DNA from: an uncultured Poribacteria bacterium
Lineage (GTDB): Bacteria; Poribacteria; WGA-4E; WGA-3G
Direction of reading: 5' to 3'
Length of the DNA: 32,000 bases
NCBI GenBank assembly: GCA_958296135.2
Contig: CATQHZ020000001.1
Coordinates: 3,340,536-3,372,535 of the forward strand
The notes under the pieces are model-generated. The model ran no database searches, had not been told where the DNA came from, and saw only the letters and a program-made list of their open reading frames with translations. The translations under genes were made by a program, and so were the position numbers. Position 1 is the stretch's first letter. Every line of letters starts with the position of its first letter. This document shows, in pieces, positions 13,810-21,058 of the stretch.

Positions 13810-14937
13810 CTACGCAGTGCCTTCATCGGCTGAATCGTTGTGGCGAAAGAGTTTATCCCAAAAACCGCCATGCTCCGTTTGAGAAGCTTCACCGAGAGAC
13901 TCCGCAAACTCTTCTAACTTCTTGCGCTGCGTCTGGGTGAGGTGCCGGGGGGTTTCAATCTCGATGCTGACAACCAGGTCACCGGCAGCCGAGCGTTTGT
14001 AGTGCGGAACCCCTTTGCCGGGAATGCGCAACTGCGCGCCATACTGCGTGCCAGCCGGAATCCGCAACTCCTCGGTGCCATCAATCCCCTCCACCTTAAT
14101 CTTCCCACCGAGCGTCGCTTGGACGAAGGAAATGCGTGCGGAGGTAACCAGATCGTTTCGCTCGCGGCGGAAGCGTTCATGCGGGACGACATTGACAACC
14201 ACAAAAAGATCGCCCGGCGGCGCGCCGTTCGTGCCAGCCTCGCCTTCGCCCCGCAACTGATATTTGAAACCGGTCTCAACACCTTTGTCAATAGTCAACG
14301 GGATGTCACGCTTGACGCGGATGAGGCCCTGCCCATCACAAGCCTGACAAGGTTCCGTAATGATTTCGCCTTCGCCGCGGCAGCGGGGACAAGTGCGGGA
14401 CATGGTGAAAAACCCCTGCGATTGGGTTACCTGCCCTCTGCCGTAACATTCAGGACAGCTCTGAACGCGCGACCCTTTTTTTGCACCGCTCCCCTCACAC
14501 GTCGGGCAAGATTCAATTCGCGGCACCTCCAGAGTTACCTCTTTGCCATGGATGACATCTTCAAGCGTGACATCAAGGTTGTATTGCAAGCTGCGCCCGC
14601 GCTTCGGCGAACGATGCGACTCCCTGAAACCACCGAGCAGATCCCCGAAGACATCCCCGAAAATATCGTCAAGGTTGACACCAAAGCCCCCGTAATTGCC
14701 AACACTTCCTTCCATCCCGGCATGGCCGAACTGGTTGTAACGGCTCCGTTTTTCAGGATGGCTTAGCACCTCGTACGCCTCGGTGGCCTCCTTGAATTTC
14801 TCTTCAGCCTCTTTGTTCCCCGGATTCTTATCCGGGTGATATTTAATCGCGAGCTTCCGGTAAGCCTTTTTAACCTCGTTTCCATCAGCACTACGGCTGA
14901 CATCCAGAACCTCGTAATAGTCGCGTTTTTGCGTCAT
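13810..14937 (-). CDS. dnaJ: Molecular chaperone DnaJ
   Basis: 375 aa. It has the J-domain (DYYEVL...YHPDKN), a G/F-rich region, four CxxCxGxG zinc-finger motifs and a C-terminal substrate-binding domain. An AAGGTGA RBS lies upstream. Confidence 0.95.
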   Translation of the reverse strand: MTQKRDYYEVLDVSRSADGNEVKKAYRKLAIKYHPDKNPGNKEAEEKFKEATEAYEVLSHPEKRSRYNQFGHAGMEGSVGNYGGFGVNLDDIFGDVFGDLLGGFRESHRSPKRGRSLQYNLDVTLEDVIHGKEVTLEVPRIESCPTCEGSGAKKGSRVQSCPECYGRGQVTQSQGFFTMSRTCPRCRGEGEIITEPCQACDGQGLIRVKRDIPLTIDKGVETGFKYQLRGEGEAGTNGAPPGDLFVVVNVVPHERFRRERNDLVTSARISFVQATLGGKIKVEGIDGTEELRIPAGTQYGAQLRIPGKGVPHYKRSAAGDLVVSIEIETPRHLTQTQRKKLEEFAESLGEASQTEHGGFWDKLFRHNDSADEGTA

Positions 14938-15121
14938 TAAAGTTCACCTTTTCTAAACATAGGTGAGGGACAGTGTCCTGCGCTGCAGGGGCACGTCTCT
15001 GGGGCAGACACCGAGTCGCGGTTTTCCTGAATCGATGCCCACTGTCCCGCAGAGATGCACGCGAAACAGCGGAACTACCCTCGTCCTAGTTTCGTGGGAA
15101 TTTCTCTCCTTTTTCACTTCA

Positions 15122-15146
15122 GGCGAAGGACAGGCCCTCGTCCTAC
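15122..15146 (-). repeat. REP-type repeat (reverse orientation, partly decayed stem) in the grpE-dnaJ spacer
   Basis: The plus strand reads GGCGAAGGACAGGCCCTCGTCCTAC, which is the reverse complement of GTAGGACGAGGGCCTGTCCTTCGCC. Confidence 0.65.
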
Positions 15147-15263
15147 GTCAAACCAGAACTGCAAGGATTTGACAACGTCAATGCGGCCTGATAAGACAAC
15201 CTCTCAGGATACTGGTAACTAAACAGTGCCCCGCGAACAACAAATTACGCTGCAGCGTCACTG

Positions 15264-15950
15264 CTAATCCGTTTCCGGAGCCTGCTCTGCATTCTCCGCT
15301 GGGCCCTGGGAGACGACGACTTGGGAAGCGCGAAGGACGCGAGTGTGCAACTGATACCCGCGCCGATATTCCTCAACCACTTTGCCTTCAGGAACCTCAT
15401 TCGATGGCACTGCAAGGATTGCTTGATGTTGGAGCGGGTCGAACGGTTGCCCAAGTGCCTCAATCGGCGTGAGCCCGTGGGCGTTGAGAGCATCCAGCAG
15501 CTGCTTTTGGACGAGCTGCACGCCTTCGCTGAAGTTAGCAAACTCCGTGTCGGTGTCGTTGGCACCGGTCTTTTCAGCGACGCTTTTTATCGCCGCCTCA
15601 AGGCTATCCAACACGGGGATAACCCCTTCCAACAGGGCTTCATTGGCGTACTGAAGTTTCCGAACCGTTTCGGCTTCCAACCGCTTTTTGGCGTTTTCTG
15701 CCTCGGCAGCGGTACGGAGGAGACGCTCGCGCTCTGCTTCATATTGTTCGCGCGCCGATGCTTCAACCGCCTCCAACTGCTCCCTATACTCCGATTGGAG
15801 AGCCTCAAGTTCTGCTACCACAGCTTCAAGCGTGCGTTCTTGCGGTGCTGCACAAGTCTCTTCTTGCGTTGTCTCCAGTTCGTCCTCACACGCCGGAGCC
15901 GCTGGTGTATCAACTACAATTTCTATGGGAACCTCTTTAACGTCAGACAT
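15264..15950 (-). CDS. grpE: Nucleotide exchange factor GrpE
   Basis: 228 aa with an AAGGAAG RBS. It has an acidic N-terminus, a long coiled coil (LRTAAEAENAKKRLE) and a C-terminal beta domain (GQPFDPLQHQAI...GYQLHTRVLRASQVVV). Confidence 0.9.
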   Translation of the reverse strand: MSDVKEVPIEIVVDTPAAPACEDELETTQEETCAAPQERTLEAVVAELEALQSEYREQLEAVEASAREQYEAERERLLRTAAEAENAKKRLEAETVRKLQYANEALLEGVIPVLDSLEAAIKSVAEKTGANDTDTEFANFSEGVQLVQKQLLDALNAHGLTPIEALGQPFDPLQHQAILAVPSNEVPEGKVVEEYRRGYQLHTRVLRASQVVVSQGPAENAEQAPETD

Positions 15951-16035
15951 TATTCTTCCTTTGTTGGGTTAGGTATCGGGCATGCGCGTGTTGAAAGCGC
16001 GCCGGTTGCCCCGTGACTACTGAGTTTGGTTCGCG

Positions 16036-16782
16036 TTAGCCATGAACAGCATCGGCGAACTGTTTCATCAGTTCAAACGAGCCATTTTCTTCAAGCACAT
16101 TGCCTGTGACGATGAAATCCGCCCCGGCGTTGACTTTTTTCTCGGCGAGCACTGGCGTGCGGATGCCGCCGCCGACAATCAATGGAATGTTGATGTACGC
16201 TTTCACTGCGGCAATCATCGCATCCGAGACAGCGTGCTTCGCGCCACTGCCAGCCTCCAAGTAGACGAGCTTCATACCGAGGTATTGGGCGGCTAACGCG
16301 TGCGGGCCCGCGATATCCGGCTTATTGCGCGGAATCGGCATCGTGCCACTCACGAATTCAACAGCAGTTCGGTTGCCGCCTTCAATCAACAAGTAGCCGG
16401 TGGGGATGGGTTCTAGCGCGTAGCGTTGAATCCACGGCGCGGCTTTCACCTGTTCCCCGATGAGATAGTTCGGGTTTCTGCCACTGATGAGGCTCATGTA
16501 GAGAATCGCATCGGCGTGTGCAGTGAGGTGCATTGAGTCCCCCGGGAAAAGCACGATAGGGAGGCGTGTCGCGTTTTTCAACGTTTCCGCAATCGGATGC
16601 AAGGCGGTTGTTAAAAAACTGCCGCCGAGCAGAATCGCATCTGCACCTGCCTGTTCAACGTCGCATGCAAGCCGGGCGCACGTCGCAACCTCACACTGCT
16701 CCGGATCGAGCAGGACAAGATAGCCAGCACGATGTCTATTCAGGACCTCGTGGAAGTGGTTCAGAACCCAATGTGAAGCCAA
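16036..16782 (-). CDS. Geranylgeranylglyceryl phosphate synthase family protein (GGGPS/PcrB TIM-barrel prenyltransferase)
   Basis: 248 aa with a TTG start and AAGGA upstream. Family landmarks are LLDPEQ, GADAILLGGS, LPIVLFPG, YLEAGSGA and PLIVGGGIRT...GADFIVTGNV. The YLEAGSG form resembles archaeal/Bacteroidetes-type GGGPS more than Bacillus PcrB (recalled from memory; needs an HMM or tree). Confidence 0.75.
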   Translation of the reverse strand: MASHWVLNHFHEVLNRHRAGYLVLLDPEQCEVATCARLACDVEQAGADAILLGGSFLTTALHPIAETLKNATRLPIVLFPGDSMHLTAHADAILYMSLISGRNPNYLIGEQVKAAPWIQRYALEPIPTGYLLIEGGNRTAVEFVSGTMPIPRNKPDIAGPHALAAQYLGMKLVYLEAGSGAKHAVSDAMIAAVKAYINIPLIVGGGIRTPVLAEKKVNAGADFIVTGNVLEENGSFELMKQFADAVHG

Positions 16783-16848
16783 ATGGAAACGTTCCTTCTC
16801 AATAAAGCGTTTACGGATTTGCGCGTGTTTCCCGCGCGTGTCCTAATT

Positions 16849-16877
16849 ATTTTACCACATTTATGCCCATTTGTCAA
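16849..16877 (-). promoter_or_regulatory. Near-consensus sigma70 promoter for the GGGPS-like gene
   Basis: On the minus strand: TTGACA (16877-16872, overlapping the upstream gene's TGA), 17-nt spacer, TAAAAT (16854-16849). The leader contains the direct repeat ACACGCGC twice. Confidence 0.55.
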
Positions 16878-18127
16878 ATTATTCGCCGCGCCAATTCGTA
16901 GAGCAAAACGCCTGCAGCGACACCGACATTGAGCGACGCTTGGCTTTGCCTTCTTCCCGCTGCTGTTAGCACGCCAGGTGCCATCGGGATACCTACCAAG
17001 TCCGTGCAACCTTCGCGTGCCTGCACAGAAATACCGGTATGTTCATTGCCCACGACAACAGCGGTAGGCGGTTCAAGTTCTAGCGTGTAGAGGGATTTCT
17101 CGGTGTGCGCAGTCGCGCCTAGCACAGTCCAACCCGCCTTTTGAAGTGCTTCAAGTGCAGGTGCGGTATCCGCCGAGAAAAAGAGGGGAAAGCGGCCCAC
17201 CGCGCCGCGCGCAGCACGAATGCAGTTTTTATGAAAAGGACTTGCGCCTTCGCCACACAGCAAAACAGCAGAAACTCCTGCCGCGTCCGCTGTCCGCAGC
17301 GTCATTCCTAAATTATCAGGATTCCCGATATTTTCGGCGATGAGCAGCGTGCAACTCGGACTAAAGTGAAAATTTAGTTCATTAGATGCTGCCAAAAACC
17401 GGCGATAGTTGAGATGCACCGAAGCCACTACCAGCGGCACAGGACGAGTTGTGGTAACCGAACCCATGATGCCATCGCTGACTTGGTAGTAGGCGAGATT
17501 CTCCGCATGCGCCCGCGTGAGAAGGCTTTTCCCTTCTGATGTCGCAAGGAAACCGGCAGTGTAGAGAATCGTTTCCACCGGCAATCCGTCTGCCACGGCG
17601 CGCGCAACGATGCGCGCCCCTTCTATCACAAATTGCTTGTGCGCAAGTTTGCCCTTTAAGGCGGTTAATTTCCGAAACTGTGAAGCGATTGCATCCTTGC
17701 GCCTCGAAATGGTTCGCCGTTCCGCCTTGTTCTCACTGCCCCGTTTGACACCCCGATAAAAGCACCCTGCATCGGTTTGGACAAATTCACCCACTAGCAC
17801 TTCCCTCAGCGCGTTGTCCATCCATGTCTCTGGGACATGAAACATGCCGATACTTTGCCGTGGATAAGCGAGCAGAAGTTCGCGCAACGCCCTTTCCGTT
17901 GTGGCGGTGATGGACACTTCGTAGTCAACCCTTTCATTTTCCGCGTCCGTTTCGTGTGTCGTGCCCGTTGGCCACATTAGCATCACACCATCGATTTTTT
18001 GCCATCCAGAAACACTCACCTCATAGGAGCAATCCCCTGAGCGCGATGCCTTAAAACGGGAAACTGCATCGGAAACCTCGGTGCCTTCTCTCTCCAAAAA
18101 AGCGATGATGTTTTCGTAGATGTCCAT
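16874..18127 (-). CDS. SpoU/TrmH-family RNA 2'-O-methyltransferase with an uncharacterised N-terminal domain of about 170 aa
   Basis: I trimmed the start to ATG 18127 (MDIYENII), 2 nt after the UbiA stop. The C-terminal half has an L30e-like substrate-binding module and SPOUT motifs (LLIAENIGNPDNLGMTLRTADAAG, VVVGNEHTGIS, SLNVGVAAGVLLYE). I do not recognise the N-terminal 170 aa. Confidence 0.75.
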   Translation of the reverse strand: MDIYENIIAFLEREGTEVSDAVSRFKASRSGDCSYEVSVSGWQKIDGVMLMWPTGTTHETDAENERVDYEVSITATTERALRELLLAYPRQSIGMFHVPETWMDNALREVLVGEFVQTDAGCFYRGVKRGSENKAERRTISRRKDAIASQFRKLTALKGKLAHKQFVIEGARIVARAVADGLPVETILYTAGFLATSEGKSLLTRAHAENLAYYQVSDGIMGSVTTTRPVPLVVASVHLNYRRFLAASNELNFHFSPSCTLLIAENIGNPDNLGMTLRTADAAGVSAVLLCGEGASPFHKNCIRAARGAVGRFPLFFSADTAPALEALQKAGWTVLGATAHTEKSLYTLELEPPTAVVVGNEHTGISVQAREGCTDLVGIPMAPGVLTAAGRRQSQASLNVGVAAGVLLYELARRII

Positions 18128-18129
18128 AA

Positions 18130-19005
18130 TTACCAAAACGTTCCGAGATAAATCGCCCCAAGCCCGATAAATATGTCCCACTTCATCCAGCGTTGAATGA
18201 AGGCGCAGTTTTCCTTAGCGGCATCTCTCCACAACCGAATGCCCAAGTAGAGGATAACCAGATCTACGCCGAGCACAACAACCACTAAATAGATGCCTGA
18301 ATACCACCCGAATAGGTACGGGATAGGACTCAACAAGATGACTACGGCTAAGCAGACTAACGCGATTTTCACGGCGAGTCGCGGGTTGAGAATCGCCAGC
18401 GTCTTAACACCGTTTTTCAAGTCGCCCTCCGTGTCCTCGAGGTCTTTCACAATTTCGCGCGGCAATGTGAACAAGAACGCGAACATTGCAGGAACAAGCG
18501 TGCCTGCCACCGATTCTATCGCTACGCCGCCGGCAATGAAGGTTAACCCTGTCAATCCGCTGACAACTAGATTGCCAATGAACGGCGTGCGTTTCAGCCA
18601 GAGCGCGTAGGTGAAAACGGCGATGGAGACGAGCATCGCGATGCCGAGTGCGTAAACGTTGATGCACGCGCCAAGCCCGATGCCAAGAGCGATGAGGCAT
18701 ATCGCAAAAATCAGCGCGGCGCGCCTGCGAATGCGCCCGGAAGGGAGCGGCCGCTGGGCCCTGTTGATGCAATCGATGTCGTAATCACAGTAATCGTTTA
18801 TCGCGTTTCCAGCGGAGAGCAAGACAAGTGCCGAGACAGAGACAAGCCAGATTCGGATATCAATGAGGTTCTCCCACCTGTCTGCGCTAGCAAACATGCC
18901 ACCGAGCCACGCGGAAACAAAAGCGATGACACCATTCAGTGGGCGCGCCAACTCAACATAATTTTTCGTCTGTCGCAATGCGTTCGATAAAGTAGATTGG
19001 TGCAA
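18130..19005 (-). CDS. UbiA-superfamily membrane prenyltransferase, DGGGP-synthase-like
   Basis: 291 aa, polytopic membrane protein. First Asp-rich motif is NAINDYCDYDIDCINRAQRPLPSGRI. Second is KDLEDTEGDLKNGVKTLA. A TTG start is the only start available before the conserved YVELARPLN. Confidence 0.75.
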   Translation of the reverse strand: MHQSTLSNALRQTKNYVELARPLNGVIAFVSAWLGGMFASADRWENLIDIRIWLVSVSALVLLSAGNAINDYCDYDIDCINRAQRPLPSGRIRRRAALIFAICLIALGIGLGACINVYALGIAMLVSIAVFTYALWLKRTPFIGNLVVSGLTGLTFIAGGVAIESVAGTLVPAMFAFLFTLPREIVKDLEDTEGDLKNGVKTLAILNPRLAVKIALVCLAVVILLSPIPYLFGWYSGIYLVVVVLGVDLVILYLGIRLWRDAAKENCAFIQRWMKWDIFIGLGAIYLGTFW

Positions 19006-19133
19006 TCACATGTTCCTGCGTAAACCGTCATTACGGTGCCGGTCAAACTGCCGATGCAGCTCGCCTCTCTTGAGAGGCGTAACGGTGTCAATGACTACGT
19101 TCTTGATGCTACGGACAGCTCCTCGCGCGCCGC

Positions 19134-20207
19134 TTAATCTTTGCCCTCCAACGCTCGGATTTTCGCCTCCAATTCCACCACTCGTTTCTGGAGTTTGGTA
19201 AATTCAGGGAGAAGTTCGGGCAATTTTCGGGTGGCGGCGTGGATGCGCAATTCTTGTTGATGAGGCCGCGCGGGAAACCCGGAGAGATGACTGCCGGGCG
19301 GCATATCCTTCGTCACCGCGGATTTCGCGTAAACGACACTGTCATCACCGAGGGTGAGATGCCCGGCCGCCCCTGCATGTCCCGCGATGTTCACCCGGTT
19401 ACCGATGATAGTGCTCCCCGCGATGCCGGCTTGCGCGGCGATGCAACAATCTTCTCCGATAACCACGTTATGCGCAATTTGCACGAGGTTGTCCAATTTC
19501 GTCCCGCGCTTGATGTGCGTCACCGCGAGCGTTGCCCTGTCAATGGTAGTATTCGCGCCGATCTCAACGTCGTCCTCAATGATAACCGTGCCGATCTGCG
19601 GGATTTTGTGGTGCAGCGGCGTGCTTTTCTCACGGCGTGTGCCGACCGGCGCGAAGCCGAACCCATCACTCCCTATGACCGCGCCGCAGTGAATAATCAC
19701 CCGGTCGCCGATAGTTACCTCCTCGCGGATGTTGACGTGAGGGTAAATTAACCCATCGGCTCCGATTTTGCTGCCTTCGCCGATATAGACGAACGGCTGG
19801 ATGACGGTACCCTCGCCGATTTCAACGTTGTCGCCGATGACAGCGAACGCTTGGATGGCGACGCGCTCTCCAAGTTTCACATTCTTCCCGATAATCGCTG
19901 TCTCATCAACACCGGGGAGGGCCCGATGGTTTTTGTCCCACGCGAACATCTCCAAGACCTGGACAAATGCCCAGTAGGGGTTCTCCACGCGGATAGTCGG
20001 CATTCCGTTGCTGGCGACATCGCGGCCGATGATAATCGCTGCCGCCTTCGTTGTCGCTATAGCGGCGAGATACTTCGGGTTCGCGACGAAGGTAATCTGC
20101 GTCGGACAGGCCTCTTTAATCCCCGAAACGCCGCTAATCTCAATCTCACCGTCTCCGGATAACTCGCCGCCCAACTCTTTACAAATTTGCTTGAGTTTGA
20201 TACGCAT
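19134..20207 (-). CDS. lpxD: UDP-3-O-(3-hydroxyacyl)glucosamine N-acyltransferase
   Basis: 357 aa. It has the N-terminal uridine-binding domain, long left-handed beta-helix hexapeptide repeats, and a C-terminal helix. It sits in the canonical position after skp. Confidence 0.9.
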   Translation of the reverse strand: MRIKLKQICKELGGELSGDGEIEISGVSGIKEACPTQITFVANPKYLAAIATTKAAAIIIGRDVASNGMPTIRVENPYWAFVQVLEMFAWDKNHRALPGVDETAIIGKNVKLGERVAIQAFAVIGDNVEIGEGTVIQPFVYIGEGSKIGADGLIYPHVNIREEVTIGDRVIIHCGAVIGSDGFGFAPVGTRREKSTPLHHKIPQIGTVIIEDDVEIGANTTIDRATLAVTHIKRGTKLDNLVQIAHNVVIGEDCCIAAQAGIAGSTIIGNRVNIAGHAGAAGHLTLGDDSVVYAKSAVTKDMPPGSHLSGFPARPHQQELRIHAATRKLPELLPEFTKLQKRVVELEAKIRALEGKD

Positions 20208-20224
20208 TTTTTTGAATCGCTTCT

Positions 20225-20309
20225 TCTGTTGTTGCAGGAATCCACAGCAATGAGTGGAAAAACGTCACTCGAAAAAGGGACGTTATTTTCTCCAACCATA
20301 CGAAAAATT
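20225..20309 (+). repeat. Copy B of the approximately 85-nt intergenic repeat family (skp-lpxD spacer)
   Basis: See 5998-6082. It contains the AACGTC/GACGTT hairpin flanked by A-run and T-run sequence. Confidence 0.7.
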
Positions 20310-20323
20310 CACCACGCACCGGG

Positions 20324-20869
20324 CTACTCGGTGTTTTCGTTTAACGAGCCTATCAACCGCTGTGTGAGATCGTGTTTTTCGTCCACATAAAGCACAACGA
20401 GCCCCTTTTCAAGGATAATGTCGTAGTCGTCCGCTTCACCGACTTCAATAATCCGGTCGCGGATCTCCTTGTAAATGGGTTCCATTAGTTCCTTCTCTTT
20501 GTTCAGCAGGCCCTGTTGGCTTTCCTGAGCCTTCCGCTGGTATTCCTGCTGTTTTCGGAGAATTTCCGCCTCCAGATCCGCTGTCTGCGCCTCCTCAACG
20601 AAGAGCTGCGTTTTCGCCTTTTTGTCTCGAAGGCTCCGGATTTCGTCCTCTAGCGCATTCAGGCTCTCCTCTAGGCGGCCCCCATACACTTGGAGGGTTC
20701 CAATAGCCGCCTTCGCTTTCTCATACCCCTCCAGCACCTTTTGCGTATTGACTACGCCGAGTTTAAAGGCCTCCTGGCCGATACTGCCAGAAATGAGGCA
20801 GAAAGAGGCGATTAAAACAATTAACATTGATAGGCGTGCTTTGGCAGCACGCGACCCAAGTGATTTCAT
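20324..20869 (-). CDS. skp: OmpH/Skp-family periplasmic chaperone
   Basis: I trimmed the start to ATG 20869 (MKSLGSRAAKARLSMLIVLIASFCLISG, a signal peptide) with AAGGAA upstream. The body is a long coiled coil. It sits between bamA and lpxD. Confidence 0.8.
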   Translation of the reverse strand: MKSLGSRAAKARLSMLIVLIASFCLISGSIGQEAFKLGVVNTQKVLEGYEKAKAAIGTLQVYGGRLEESLNALEDEIRSLRDKKAKTQLFVEEAQTADLEAEILRKQQEYQRKAQESQQGLLNKEKELMEPIYKEIRDRIIEVGEADDYDIILEKGLVVLYVDEKHDLTQRLIGSLNENTE

Positions 20870-21058
20870 TTTTTGTATTTCCTTTCGGTGACTCAGCTCC
20901 CTCCTGGGAGGGAACAGTTGTCGGGTTGAATCCTTCATCGTCGTTGACGATGACTACATTTTCGGTGCCAAAACTTAGCGAAGGCATCCCCCACGTCAGC
21001 GGATGCGCATGGCAAGTTTCCCCGCCAAGGCATCTCTATCAAACGCTCGGGGTCAAGC

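Noticed and set aside
13942-16016. Very long antisense ORFs opposite dnaJ (13942-14766, 274 aa) and grpE (15321-16016, 231 aa, almost exactly the length of grpE)
   Set aside because: The sense strands encode unmistakable DnaJ and GrpE. The antisense products are low-complexity with no motifs or RBS. Stop-free antisense frames are a common by-product of codon bias in GC-rich genes. The same reasoning applies to 7916-8422, 9983-10447, 19239-19751, 26676-27311 and 28828-29379.
14938-16035. CIRCE (TTAGCACTC-N9-GAGTGCTAA) or sigma32-type heat-shock promoter upstream of grpE or dnaJ
   Set aside because: I could not find either motif by eye. The only TTAGCAC occurrence (about 14763) is inside dnaJ and lacks the inverted partner. 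No call is made.
19134-19260. C-terminal coiled-coil extension of LpxD (…LPEFTKLQKRVVELEAKIRALEGKD) as an unusual fusion
   Set aside because: LpxD proteins normally end in a C-terminal helical domain that forms the trimer's helical bundle. The length is only slightly above typical.
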